Below, in pieces: positions 18,950 through 28,192 of a stretch of 64,000 nt of DNA. The notes beneath the pieces were generated by a model. The model was not told the origin of the DNA and did not search any database. It saw nothing but the letters and a program-made list of their open reading frames with translations. Made by a program: the position numbers and the translations under genes. Within the stretch, counting starts at the first letter, position 1. The number at the start of each line of letters is the position of its first letter. The DNA is from Escherichia phage vB_EcoM_JS09, in sequence record NC_024124.2; one strand, 5' to 3'.

Positions 18950-20069
18950 TTTTAACCTTAACTGGGTTAACAGGTTCTAACACCATTGAGTTGGTAAACA
19001 TGTACAGATGAGTTTGTGAGTTGTTATTTGATAACTCATGAATAACTTCATCCACGTAAAATTCGGATTTGAATTGGTTCTTTTGGTCGACAAATATAAT
19101 TTTAGTAGCAGGCGTTATGTTAAAATTACCTGTAGTAGTGCATTTAGCATATCCGTCATATTGAGCCATTGTCTGAAGACGACTTGCTTCTTCAAATCCA
19201 TTACGATAGGTCATTTCGGAATATCCACCTGATCTTGACACAAGAATAGCATTATCACCATCACCTGTAACAATAACCGGAATAGATGTATCTAAAAATG
19301 AATGAGCGAATATCGTGGCGTTTTTAATAGGGTCTCTTGTAAATTGGTTAGCTTTAGTCATCCAGGTGAAATCCCATACTAATGGATACTCAAGCTCTTG
19401 AATATACTGACCTACAGTATTTGGCTCGCCTACAATCATCTTAATGCCTTCCTGACCAATAAGAGTATCATAGTCAATCATGTTTACGCCTAAAATATCT
19501 TGCCATACGAATACGAACTTATCACTCGCTGTAGCAAGTCCTAATTCTCTGACATATGCCAAATAATCATCAAATGTGCTTGTCCAAGGAATATCAGGAA
19601 CATAAGCATTAATAGTGTTTATTGGCGGAGTAATTAACGTACGGTCTTTATATATGACACCTAACATTTCACGTATAGATTCTCCTGCGTCTGAGAAGAA
19701 TGGTCGCCCGAATTTAAGGTTCTCTATAGAATGTATTGTTCCAAGCTCAATTGCAATAATATTGTCACCTTTTGAGTCCACAGACACAGAATAATGTCTA
19801 CATCCATAAATTCGAGTTCTAACTTGGAGAGGTGTGTTTGAATTTGAAACAGAGATTTGGACTATCTGTCTACCATCCATTTTAGTGTGGATGTTTTTAG
19901 TGTCATAAAATTGAAGAATCCCTTCATTTCTTCCATATAGCGAATCTCGCATGGTTAAAGTTGTTATTGTTGCTGCGAGTTCAACATATCTATTTTCTTG
20001 CCAAGCCGAATAATCTTGATATAATTTAACGCTTAAGTTAGGATATCCTGGACGTTGGAATACTGTCAT
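18897..20069 (-). CDS. 27: baseplate hub subunit
   Basis: 390 aa, T4 gp27 length and position. Confidence 0.9.
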   Translation of the reverse strand: MTVFQRPGYPNLSVKLYQDYSAWQENRYVELAATITTLTMRDSLYGRNEGILQFYDTKNIHTKMDGRQIVQISVSNSNTPLQVRTRIYGCRHYSVSVDSKGDNIIAIELGTIHSIENLKFGRPFFSDAGESIREMLGVIYKDRTLITPPINTINAYVPDIPWTSTFDDYLAYVRELGLATASDKFVFVWQDILGVNMIDYDTLIGQEGIKMIVGEPNTVGQYIQELEYPLVWDFTWMTKANQFTRDPIKNATIFAHSFLDTSIPVIVTGDGDNAILVSRSGGYSEMTYRNGFEEASRLQTMAQYDGYAKCTTTGNFNITPATKIIFVDQKNQFKSEFYVDEVIHELSNNNSQTHLYMFTNSMVLEPVNPVKVKNELKSDSTSKENNSTTV

Positions 20070-20818
20070 TTTTTATGGTCCTTTTCTACTAATGTTAAAG
20101 CAATACCACGTTCAACAGGAATCATTTGCATAATAGAATCCAATGTGTATTGACTCTTTACTAGTGAATGGTTTATCTGATAGAATGTAAAAATCTCATC
20201 AGGGTTAACTAACAATTTAAAAACCTCTAAGATATCAGTATATGTTTTAACATGACGTTCACAACAACCTAATCTAAGGGTCAAATTAATAGGGTTCATA
20301 GAAGCAATAACCTTCTCGAGCGAGTCAATGTCTATTGCTTCTATTACTTGGATTTGGTTCTCTTCAGTCAAATCATTCCATGGGTACCATTCATCATTAT
20401 AATATATTTCTTTTATGTTTTCACTTATCATTAATGCTTTATTGTCATAAAACTTTTCAGGGAAAGAAAAACGTATTTTTATACCAGCAACATCAAGTTC
20501 AGGTTCGACTAGTTCTTTTTGATATATCTCAAATGGTGCAGTTTTTTCTTTAGAGCATTTAGGGCAAGTGAAAATAACGGGAACTTTTGTTTTGCCTATA
20601 GAGCCTGCAAAAACTTGCAGGAATATAAATGGTTGCCATGTTTTAGGGTACTCGCCAAAATAATCATCAATCAGATCGGCAATTATTTCTTTTTGTTCTT
20701 GCGGCGAACGATGTTCGATATCATTTCTAACTAGTAAAAAGTCTCTATAATCCGCCACAGTGAACGGCTTAAAACGATGAACACCATCCGGTAATTTACA
20801 ACGAATTATATTAGCCAT
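20066..20818 (-). CDS. 51: baseplate hub assembly catalyst
   Basis: 250 aa, T4 gp51 length and position. Confidence 0.85.
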   Translation of the reverse strand: MANIIRCKLPDGVHRFKPFTVADYRDFLLVRNDIEHRSPQEQKEIIADLIDDYFGEYPKTWQPFIFLQVFAGSIGKTKVPVIFTCPKCSKEKTAPFEIYQKELVEPELDVAGIKIRFSFPEKFYDNKALMISENIKEIYYNDEWYPWNDLTEENQIQVIEAIDIDSLEKVIASMNPINLTLRLGCCERHVKTYTDILEVFKLLVNPDEIFTFYQINHSLVKSQYTLDSIMQMIPVERGIALTLVEKDHKK

Positions 20819-20835
20819 AATTACTCCTTTTCTAT

Positions 20836-20843
20836 TATTTATA
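20836..20843 (-). promoter_or_regulatory. late promoter TATAAATA (minus strand) for gene 51
   Basis: TATTTATA on + strand, overlapping the divergent + strand TATAAATA. Confidence 0.5.
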
Positions 20844-20847
20844 AATA
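20840..20847 (+). promoter_or_regulatory. late promoter TATAAATA for gene 26
   Basis: TATAAATA 19 nt upstream of AAGGAG RBS and ATG 20866. Confidence 0.65.
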
Positions 20848-20865
20848 CACAATAAAGGAGTTAAC

Positions 20866-21492
20866 ATGTACAAATATACGTTTACCGTACGTTTAGGCGA
20901 TAAAGAAGTGAATTGTAGAGCCTTTACTTTAAAAGAATATTTAGGACTCATTGGTGCGCGGGCTACCGGTACTATTGAATCAGCAGTGAACAATATTATC
21001 ACTAATTGCTCTAACGCTAAAAACTTGACTAAACAAGAAGCCGAGTTATTGTTGGTAAATCTGTGGGCACATTCGTTAGGTGAAGTGAATCAAGAACACA
21101 CCTGGAATTGTTCCTGTGGGCATTCATTTCAAGTCTATATGAATTTATTGCACACTCAATTAGATGAACAGGCCGATCCCTGGTATTCGTTCAGTGGTAT
21201 TAAAATTAAGTTCCGTCAACCTAAATTATTTGACGATAAAAATATCGCATTAATGATTGCTTCATGTATTGAGGCCGTTTTTGTCAATGGAGAGTCCATC
21301 CCTGTTGAAGATTTAACTGAAGCAGAAATAAATGACCTTTACGGCCTTATAACAGAAGATGACATGATCAATATTAAAAATCTTTTAGTAACGCCATCAA
21401 TTTATCTGGCAACCCCTATTAAATGTCCCAAATGTGGGGCTGCACACGTTCACACAATACGAGGCCTCAAAGAATTCTTTGAGTTACTATAA
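20866..21492 (+). CDS. 26: baseplate hub subunit
   Basis: 208 aa, T4 gp26 length and position. Confidence 0.85.
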   Translation: MYKYTFTVRLGDKEVNCRAFTLKEYLGLIGARATGTIESAVNNIITNCSNAKNLTKQEAELLLVNLWAHSLGEVNQEHTWNCSCGHSFQVYMNLLHTQLDEQADPWYSFSGIKIKFRQPKLFDDKNIALMIASCIEAVFVNGESIPVEDLTEAEINDLYGLITEDDMINIKNLLVTPSIYLATPIKCPKCGAAHVHTIRGLKEFFELL

Positions 21493-21890
21493 TGTCTAAT
21501 ATCAATAAACTTTATTCAGATATCGACCCAGAAATGCGTATGGATTGGAACAAGGACGTTGCTCGTTCTGTAGGACTTCGTTCTATTAAAAATAGTCTTC
21601 TTGGCATAGTGACAACTAGAAAAGGCTCACGCCCATTCGACCCTGAATTTGGATGCGATTTGGTCGACGAACTTTTCGAGAACATGACACCACTTACAGC
21701 CGATACGATTGAGCGTAATATCCAGGCAGCCGTCCGTAACTATGAGCCACGCATCGACAAACTTTCTGTAAGTGTAACGCCAGTATATGATGACTATACG
21801 GTTATAGTAGAGATTAGATTTTCGGTCGTAGACAACCCTGACGATATTGAACAAATTAAACTTCAGTTAGCGTCAAGCAATAGAGTATAA
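21492..21890 (+). CDS. 25: baseplate wedge subunit / sheath initiator
   Basis: 132 aa; near-identical to T4 gp25 as recalled (INKLYSDIDPEM.MDWNKDV...). Confidence 0.95.
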   Translation: MSNINKLYSDIDPEMRMDWNKDVARSVGLRSIKNSLLGIVTTRKGSRPFDPEFGCDLVDELFENMTPLTADTIERNIQAAVRNYEPRIDKLSVSVTPVYDDYTVIVEIRFSVVDNPDDIEQIKLQLASSNRV

Positions 21891-21970
21891 TGCTTCAAGG
21901 CAACCTATGTATAATGGTTTTAGGTCCTTCCGATACAGCCGGGAGATTATTAGTTAAAAGAGAGAACATT

Positions 21971-22384
21971 ATGAAGCTGGAAGATTTACAGGAAGAGTTA
22001 GACGCAGACTTAGTTATTGATATGACAAAGTTGCAATATGAGACGGCGAATAATGTTAAGTTATACAGCAAATGGCTACGTAAGCACTCATTTATTCGTA
22101 AAGAAATGTTGCGTATAGAGACTCAGAAGAAAACTGCTCTAAAAGCAAGATTAGACTACTACTCGGGACGAGGTGACGGTGATGAATTTAGTATGGACCG
22201 ATACGAGAAATCTGAAATGAAAACTGTCCTGGCTGCAGATAAAGATGTGCTTAAAATAGAGACTACTTTACAATACTGGGGAATTTTACTTGAGTTCTGT
22301 AGTGGTGCACTTGACGCAGTTAAGTCTCGTAGTTTTGCGCTTAAACATATCCAGGATATGCGAGAATTTGAAGCGGGGCAATAA
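21971..22384 (+). CDS. uvsY: recombination mediator UvsY
   Basis: ORF track 21890..22384; T4 UvsY (137 aa) aligns from internal Met (MKLEDLQEEL...) at 21971. Confidence 0.9.
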   Translation: MKLEDLQEELDADLVIDMTKLQYETANNVKLYSKWLRKHSFIRKEMLRIETQKKTALKARLDYYSGRGDGDEFSMDRYEKSEMKTVLAADKDVLKIETTLQYWGILLEFCSGALDAVKSRSFALKHIQDMREFEAGQ

Positions 22385-22608
22385 TGCGTTATTCAATTGA
22401 AGATGCCTTTAATAATGATGAAGAATTTGAAACTGAAATTAAATTCTTAATGGAAAAGTATCGTCTACGTCGTCAGGATATTCGTATTCTGGCAGACCAC
22501 CCTTGTGGCGAAGACGTCCTTTATATTAAAGGGAAGTTTGCTGGGTACATCGACGAGTATTTTTATACAAAAGATATGGGTATCGATATGTGCATGCGAA
22601 TGGTATAA
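22384..22608 (+). CDS. uvsY.-1: hypothetical protein
   Basis: 74 aa ORF, taATG overlap with uvsY stop; position as in T4. Confidence 0.6.
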   Translation: MRYSIEDAFNNDEEFETEIKFLMEKYRLRRQDIRILADHPCGEDVLYIKGKFAGYIDEYFYTKDMGIDMCMRMV

Positions 22609-22611
22609 ATA
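22604..22611 (+). promoter_or_regulatory. late promoter TATAAATA
   Basis: Exact TATAAATA 30 nt upstream of ATG 22641, overlapping upstream stop codon. Confidence 0.55.
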
Positions 22612-22640
22612 GATATGTAATTTCAACTTAGGAGGCAATC

Positions 22641-22808
22641 ATGTCAGATAAGATTTGTGTTGTCTGTAAAACTCCAATCGATTCTGCATTGGTTGTTGAA
22701 ACAGACAAAGGTCCAGCACATCCTGGTCCTTGTTATAATTATGTCCAACAAATGCCGGTTTCAGAAAGTTCAGAAGAGCAATTGAACGAAACCCAACTTT
22801 TACTATAG
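22641..22808 (+). CDS. uvsY.-2: hypothetical small protein (55 aa)
   Basis: Hand-translated MSDKICVVCKTPIDS...; strong AGGAGG RBS; below ORF-track cutoff; followed by terminator. Confidence 0.55.
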   Translation: MSDKICVVCKTPIDSALVVETDKGPAHPGPCYNYVQQMPVSESSEEQLNETQLLL

Positions 22809-22832
22809 TGTTACCTTTTTGCCTATGGTTTT

Positions 22833-22862
22833 GGCCCTTCCAAAAAGGTCGGGCCTTTTTTT
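22833..22862 (+). terminator. rho-independent terminator
   Basis: GGCCC...GGGCC stem followed by TTTTTTT. Confidence 0.6.
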
Positions 22863-22864
22863 AA

Positions 22865-23098
22865 TTAGAAGTCTTCTTCCTCATCCTCATCATCGTCGCC
22901 TTCAAGTTCGGCACGCTTACCTGCTAAGGCATCCCTGACAGAAATATCATCTGTATCTTTTAATTCCGTTTCTTTTATACGTTTCTTATAATAAGCTTCC
23001 AATTCTTCAAGCCCTTCTAAGGTATGACAACTAGCAATTTTGCCCATGAATTCGTCAATAGATGCTTCGTATAAAAATTGTTTAAATTCAAGTACCAT
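22865..23098 (-). CDS. uvsW.1: UvsW.1 small acidic protein
   Basis: 77 aa with acidic C-terminus, immediately downstream of uvsW as in T4. Confidence 0.8.
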   Translation of the reverse strand: MVLEFKQFLYEASIDEFMGKIASCHTLEGLEELEAYYKKRIKETELKDTDDISVRDALAGKRAELEGDDDEDEEEDF

Positions 23099-23109
23099 TT
23101 TTATCTCCT

Positions 23110-23125
23110 AAGGGCCGAAGCCCTT
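23110..23125 (-). other. C(UUCG)G stem-loop between uvsW and uvsW.1
   Basis: AAGGGC-CGAA-GCCCTT on + strand (UUCG loop in transcript), directly upstream of uvsW.1 RBS. Confidence 0.5.
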
Positions 23126-24638
23126 ATAAATTAATTGTTTTCATTACATAGTTAAATTTCTCATCAGCGTAACGTTGGATACGATCAATACCGTGTTTTA
23201 ACAAGTAATTAAGATGAGTATACTTCTTTTTAGTATTTAATGATTTAGGTTTTACACCTGCGTCATCGATGAGATCCCAAACTGTAGCAACAGCTTTAGA
23301 ACCATGCTTACGAAGCACGCGACCTACGGTTTGAAGTACGATAATTTTTGATTTAACACCATGAGCAAAAATAACATGATGAAGATTCTTGACTGAAATA
23401 CCAGTAGAGAATACTCCGTATGATGCGACAATAATAATGCCTTTACCATTTTCTGCCATGACTTTAAGCGCGTTACGTGTTTCAGTATCAACTTCGCCTG
23501 ATACGTAATAAACTTTTTCGTATCCAAGCTCTTTAATAGCTTCAAATATTTCTTTACCGTGTGTAACGTGTTTAAACATTACAAAGGCGTTCTCGTCTTT
23601 CTTAGCCAATTTGACTGAAAGTTGAGCAATCCACTTTGTACGTCGTTTTAGTCCGGTAATAATTTTAACTTCTTCTTGGTATGTTTTACCTTTTAATTTA
23701 ACGGTGAATTCGTCCGGATAACGAAGGAAAATACTATTAATCTTAAGCTCAGTTACCTGTCCGTCTTCCATTAATTTAGACGTGCTAACAGGACGGAAGA
23801 TTTCGCCGAACATACCTACGTACTGCATTACATTGGCTTTTCCGTCTCTTAATGAGCCAGATAAACCGAATTTAAACATGCAATTATTTAATCCTGAGAT
23901 GATTGAAGAAATACTTTTGCCTGTTGCTAAGTGGCATTCATCGTTCATCATCATACCGAACTGAGAGAACCATTCTTTAGGCTGCTTAACTACCGTTTGC
24001 CATGTGCCAACAATAATTGGAGCGTCATTTTTAGATTTGTCCGCTTTATCAGCGCCACCGCCAATTTTCTTAATCATCGAATGACTAAACAAGCGATAAT
24101 CAACAAAATCATTAGCCATCTGGGTTGTCAATGCTGTTGTAGGGACGATAATGAGAATTTTACCTTCATAGTTCTCTAGATAATACCGAGCTAAAAGTGC
24201 TTGGATTAGTGATTTACCTGCTGATGTCGGAAGGTTTAAAATTCGACGACGATTAACTAGTCCTTCATATACTGCATCTTTTTGATACCAATGCGGTTCG
24301 ATTTTGGCGTTGCCTGAATAAATTTCTTGTTTAGAAAGCCATGCGTCAAAATCTTCCCTGGTAAGGTCTTCGGTCTCAAAGATTTTAGGGTCAATCCATA
24401 CAGAATAACTCATATTGTTACAGAACTTTTTTATTTGTCCTACAAGTCCATATGGTAACAAACGGTTGTAATCTAAAAGTCGAATTCTACCATCCCATTG
24501 CCCATAGCGATATTTTGGGTTAAATTTATACCCGTCAGCTTCAAAGCTAAAAAAGTCACGAAGTTCGTAAAACGTACTTTCGTCGCATTCAATGCGCACG
24601 TGACTAAAATCATAAAAATGTACTTTAATGTCAGTCAT
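23124..24638 (-). CDS. uvsW: RNA-DNA / DNA-DNA helicase UvsW (SF2)
   Basis: 504 aa; helicase motifs (LPTSAGKS Walker A, DECH box); T4 position. Confidence 0.9.
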   Translation of the reverse strand: MTDIKVHFYDFSHVRIECDESTFYELRDFFSFEADGYKFNPKYRYGQWDGRIRLLDYNRLLPYGLVGQIKKFCNNMSYSVWIDPKIFETEDLTREDFDAWLSKQEIYSGNAKIEPHWYQKDAVYEGLVNRRRILNLPTSAGKSLIQALLARYYLENYEGKILIIVPTTALTTQMANDFVDYRLFSHSMIKKIGGGADKADKSKNDAPIIVGTWQTVVKQPKEWFSQFGMMMNDECHLATGKSISSIISGLNNCMFKFGLSGSLRDGKANVMQYVGMFGEIFRPVSTSKLMEDGQVTELKINSIFLRYPDEFTVKLKGKTYQEEVKIITGLKRRTKWIAQLSVKLAKKDENAFVMFKHVTHGKEIFEAIKELGYEKVYYVSGEVDTETRNALKVMAENGKGIIIVASYGVFSTGISVKNLHHVIFAHGVKSKIIVLQTVGRVLRKHGSKAVATVWDLIDDAGVKPKSLNTKKKYTHLNYLLKHGIDRIQRYADEKFNYVMKTINL

Positions 24639-24667
24639 GTCAAATTACCATGTAATAAATATAATTA

Positions 24668-24675
24668 TATTTATA
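24668..24675 (-). promoter_or_regulatory. late promoter TATAAATA (minus strand) for uvsW
   Basis: TATTTATA on + strand 30 nt upstream of uvsW start; uvsW is a late gene in T4. Confidence 0.6.
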
Positions 24676-24688
24676 ATGAGGAAATATC

Positions 24689-25357
24689 ATGATCGATAAA
24701 GACTATATTGAAGAGTTACGTGCTCTTTCTGATAAAAAGGAAGCCAAAGCTAAACTGTTTGAATATGCGGAACAATTTGGCATTAGTGTTAAGAAATCAA
24801 AATCATTCGATAATATTGTTATTGATATCGAAGAAGCTCTTAACGCACTGGCTGATGAACCATTACCTGAAACTGATGGATTATCTATCACCGATTTAAT
24901 TACTGCCGCAGATGATGTAGACGGTGTTAATTTCACCAACGAAGAAGTTAAAGAAGAAGCTATTCTTTTGTTTGATTCTCCAACAGAACAAGTTGAAGTA
25001 TTAGAAGTTGTCGAACAAGAAAAAGAATTCGACCATGATAAATTCGAAGAAGCAATTACTCAGGTTGTTGAATCTGAAAAAGAGCCTGAGGCAGAGGTAA
25101 ATAAAGAAGTAAAATTTGTTCTGCCTGAAAATTTTAGTCCTACACTCATTAAATTAGGCAAAGGCCCAGGATATGTTACTGTTCCTTGGTGGATTTATCA
25201 ATGGATAGCCGAAACCCCAGATTGGAAATCTCGCCCAACTAGTTTTGTGCATGCTTCTGCTCACCAAACATTATTTAGCTTAATTTATTATATTAATCGC
25301 GATGGATCAGTTCTAATTCGTGAAACTCGTAATTCTTCTTTCGTAACATTAAAATAA
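24689..25357 (+). CDS. inh: inhibitor of prohead protease
   Basis: 222 aa ORF in the T4 inh position between uvsW and hoc; acidic. Confidence 0.7.
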   Translation: MIDKDYIEELRALSDKKEAKAKLFEYAEQFGISVKKSKSFDNIVIDIEEALNALADEPLPETDGLSITDLITAADDVDGVNFTNEEVKEEAILLFDSPTEQVEVLEVVEQEKEFDHDKFEEAITQVVESEKEPEAEVNKEVKFVLPENFSPTLIKLGKGPGYVTVPWWIYQWIAETPDWKSRPTSFVHASAHQTLFSLIYYINRDGSVLIRETRNSSFVTLK

Positions 25358-25366
25358 GGATAACTT

Positions 25367-26497
25367 ATGGCTTTTACAGTTGATATAACTCCTAAAACAC
25401 CTACTGGAGTTATAGATGAGACTAAGCAGTTTACTGCTACTCCCAGTGGTGAAACTGGAGGTGGAACTATTACATATGCTTGGACTGTAGATGATGTTCC
25501 ACAAGATGGAGCTGAAGCAACTTTTAGTTATGTACTAAAAGGACCTGCCGGTCAAAAGACTATTAAAGTAGTTGCAACAAATACAGTTCCAGAAGCTGAA
25601 GCTGAAACAGCAGAAGCTTCTACAACTATCACAGTTCAAAACAAGACACAAACGACTACCTTAGCTGTAACTCCCAATAGTCCTTCAGCCGGAGTAATTG
25701 GAACCCCAGTTCAATTTACTGCTGCCTTAGCTTCTCAACCGGTTGGAGCGTCTGCTACGTATCAGTGGTATGTAGATGATTCACAGGTTGGTGGAGAAAC
25801 TAACTCTACATTTAGCTATACTCCGACTACAAGTGGAGTAAAAAGAATTAAATGTGTAGCCCAAGTAACCGCGACAGATTATGATGCAAAGGAAGTTACT
25901 TCGAATGAAGTATCATTAACGGTTAATAAGAAGACAATGAATCCACAGATTACATTGACTCCTCCTTCTATTAATGTTCAACAAGATGCTTCGGCTACAT
26001 TTACTGCTAATGTTACTGGCGCACCTGCCGCAGCACAAATTACTTACTCGTGGAAGAAAGATTCTTCTCCTGTAGAAGGGTCAACTAATGTATATACTGT
26101 TGATACTTCATCTATTGGAAGTCAAACTATTGAAGTTACTGCAACTATTACTGCAACTGATTACGATAGCAAAACTATTACAGCAGAAGGTCAAGTTCAG
26201 GTAACTGATAAAGTTGCTCCAGAACCAGAAGGTGAACTACCTTATGTTCATCCTCTTCCACATCGTACTTCAGCTTACATCTGGTGCGGATGGTGGGTTA
26301 TGGATGAAATCCAAAAAATGGCCGAAGAAGGTAAAGATTGGAAAACTGAAGATCCAGATAGTAAGTACTACTTGCATCGTTACACACTTCAGAAGATGAT
26401 GAAAGACTATCCAGAAGTTGATGTTCAAGAATCACGTAATGGATACATCATCCATAAAACTGCTTTGGAAACTGGTATCATCTATACATATCCATAA
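25367..26497 (+). CDS. hoc: highly immunogenic outer capsid protein (Ig-like domains)
   Basis: 376 aa (T4 Hoc length); repeated Thr/Val-rich Ig-like segments. Confidence 0.9.
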   Translation: MAFTVDITPKTPTGVIDETKQFTATPSGETGGGTITYAWTVDDVPQDGAEATFSYVLKGPAGQKTIKVVATNTVPEAEAETAEASTTITVQNKTQTTTLAVTPNSPSAGVIGTPVQFTAALASQPVGASATYQWYVDDSQVGGETNSTFSYTPTTSGVKRIKCVAQVTATDYDAKEVTSNEVSLTVNKKTMNPQITLTPPSINVQQDASATFTANVTGAPAAAQITYSWKKDSSPVEGSTNVYTVDTSSIGSQTIEVTATITATDYDSKTITAEGQVQVTDKVAPEPEGELPYVHPLPHRTSAYIWCGWWVMDEIQKMAEEGKDWKTEDPDSKYYLHRYTLQKMMKDYPEVDVQESRNGYIIHKTALETGIIYTYP

Positions 26498-26501
26498 TCG
26501 T

Positions 26502-26530
26502 AAGGGGCTTCGGCCCCTTTCTTCGTTTTT
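26502..26530 (+). terminator. rho-independent terminator, C(UUCG)G hairpin
   Basis: AAGGGGC-TTCG-GCCCCTT followed by T-rich run. Confidence 0.7.
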
Positions 26531-26598
26531 AAAGCATACAAAACACAACCTGGGATTGATGTATATAATGGCACAAACCAAATAATACGGGATTGATT

Positions 26599-26793
26599 AT
26601 GAGAGCTGAAGTTGAAGTTTATACATTACATGAGGCGGGATTTTCATTCGTAGAAATTGCTCAAAAAATTGGTTTACAACCTAAAGAAGTTGGATTACTA
26701 TGGACTAAAGCCGAGACAGCTCGGTCAAAGTTTAAAGCAAAAGAAAAAGTTGTATACCGTAAACGTTTGATTAACAAAAAGGTGAAGAAATGA
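26599..26793 (+). CDS. hypothetical protein
   Basis: ORF track 26593..26793 starts on TTG; first ATG at 26599. Confidence 0.5.
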   Translation: MRAEVEVYTLHEAGFSFVEIAQKIGLQPKEVGLLWTKAETARSKFKAKEKVVYRKRLINKKVKK

Positions 26794-27041
26794 GTTTTGC
26801 ACAGGAATTAAGAGAAAGGGCTCTGGCCACTAAAGCTAATTTGTTGAGTGATTTTATTACTAACTTCTCTGTGATGGCAGAGAAAGCCGCTGATAAAGGC
26901 CAGACACAATTCACGTACTACCCGTCAAAGAATGATTTAACTATCACTGAGCAAGTCGGGCAGTGGTTACGTGATAATGGCTTTCAGTATAAAATTAATC
27001 ACGACCAGCGTGATGGTCATTGGATAGAAATCAAGTTCTAA
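26790..27041 (+). CDS. hypothetical protein
   Basis: 83 aa ORF, start overlaps upstream stop. Confidence 0.5.
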   Translation: MSFAQELRERALATKANLLSDFITNFSVMAEKAADKGQTQFTYYPSKNDLTITEQVGQWLRDNGFQYKINHDQRDGHWIEIKF

Positions 27042-27069
27042 TATGCTTTACATTTTTTGATGGTATAAT
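27041..27069 (+). promoter_or_regulatory. candidate MotA-dependent middle promoter
   Basis: ATATGCTTTA 27041-27050, TGnTATAAT 27061-27069, 13-nt spacing; upstream of rnlB. Confidence 0.5.
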
Positions 27070-27160
27070 GAATCTAGGTTCTATCCATTCAAATTAAACA
27101 TTGGGCCAGAGATAGAGTCTCTGCTAATTATTTTGATATTATTATTTATAATGGTGATTT

Positions 27161-27880
27161 ATGTTTAAGAAATACAGCAGTCTTGAAAACCACTACAACT
27201 CTAAGTTTATTGAAAAACTCTACACTAATGGTTTGACTACCGGTGTTTGGGTAGCACGTGAGAAAATCCATGGGACCAACTTCTCGTTAATAATTGAACG
27301 TGACAACGTCACATGCGCCAAGCGCACAGGCCCTATTCTTCCAGCAGAAGATTTTTATGGTTATGAAATCGTACTCAAGAAGTATGATAAAGCTATTAAA
27401 GCCGTTCAGGAATTCATGTACACAGCTCGAGCCGTATCATATCAAGTATTCGGTGAATTCGCTGGTGGTGGAATCCAGAAAGGTGTTGACTACGGTGAAA
27501 AAGATTTTTACGTGTTCGATATCCTTATCAATACAGAAAGTGGTGATAATACATATTTGACCGATTACGAAATGCAAGATTTCTGTAATGAATTCGGTTT
27601 TAAAATGGCACCAATGCTCGGTCGTGGAACATTCGATGCTCTTATCACGATTCCAAACGACCTTGATTCTGTCTTAGCCGCTTATAATGCTACTGCGTCA
27701 GAAGATCTTGTAGAAGCAAATAATTGTGTATTTGACGCTAATGTTATTGGTGATAATACTGCCGAAGGTTATGTTCTGAAGCCTTGTTTCCCTAAATGGC
27801 TGCCAAACGGTACTCGTGTAGCTATTAAGTGCAAGAACTCTAAATTCAGTGAAAAGAAAAAGTCTGATAAAGCCTATTAA
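27161..27880 (+). pseudogene. rnlB: RNA ligase 2 (Rnl2), N-terminal fragment ended by frameshift
   Basis: 239 aa; near-identical to T4 Rnl2 N-terminus with KIHGTN motif; frame ends ...[10 protein letters not shown] where T4 continues PIKAK. Confidence 0.85.
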
Positions 27881-28160
27881 AACTCAGGTTCCATTAACCG
27901 AAATTGACAAAAACTTGCTTGATGTTCTAGCTTGTTATGTTACATTAAATCGTGTTAATAATGTGATTTCTAAGATTGGGACTGTAACGCCAAAAGATTT
28001 TGGCAAAGTGATGGGATTGACTGTTCAAGATATTCTGGAAGAAACTTCTCGTGAAGGTATTGTATTAACAACATCTGATAATCCGAATCTTGTTAAGAAA
28101 GAATTAGTCCGAATGGTGCAAGATGTTCTGCGTCCTGCATGGATTGAATTAGTATCATAA
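27849..28160 (+). pseudogene. rnlB: RNA ligase 2 (Rnl2), C-terminal fragment in the +1 frame
   Basis: Frame continues [16 protein letters not shown]...RPAWIELVS, matching T4 Rnl2 C-terminus; no ATG, ORF track starts on GTG. Confidence 0.8.
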
Positions 28161-28162
28161 CG

Positions 28163-28192
28163 AAAAAAGGGACCTTACGGTCCCTTTTTTTT
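28163..28192. terminator. bidirectional rho-independent terminator
   Basis: AAAAAA-GGGACC-TTAC-GGTCCC-TTTTTTTT between convergent rnlB and gene 24. Confidence 0.8.

Noticed and set aside
21890-22384. Long 5' extensions offered by the ORF track (uvsY from 21890, gp6 from 55476, gp5.4 from 55775, gp4 from 58469, 14169..14534, and GTG/TTG starts at 5263, 8803, 11830, 26593, 59983)
   Set aside because: The extensions overlap upstream genes or promoter elements, and the conserved T4 N-termini begin at internal ATGs with proper RBS; the shorter starts were used.
21900-22900. T4 replication origin ori(uvsY), expected near uvsY by synteny
   Set aside because: I could not identify a defining middle promoter plus unwinding element from sequence alone; the only clear promoter motif here is a late TATAAATA at 22604. 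Not enough evidence to annotate.
27849-27880. Programmed ribosomal frameshift as the explanation for the rnlB split
   Set aside because: The required shift is +1 and there is no recognisable +1 motif (no rare or stop codon at the shift site with an upstream SD-like element). The nearby A-rich run (GAAAAGAAAAAG) would favour -1, which does not restore the frame. Mutation or sequencing error is more parsimonious.
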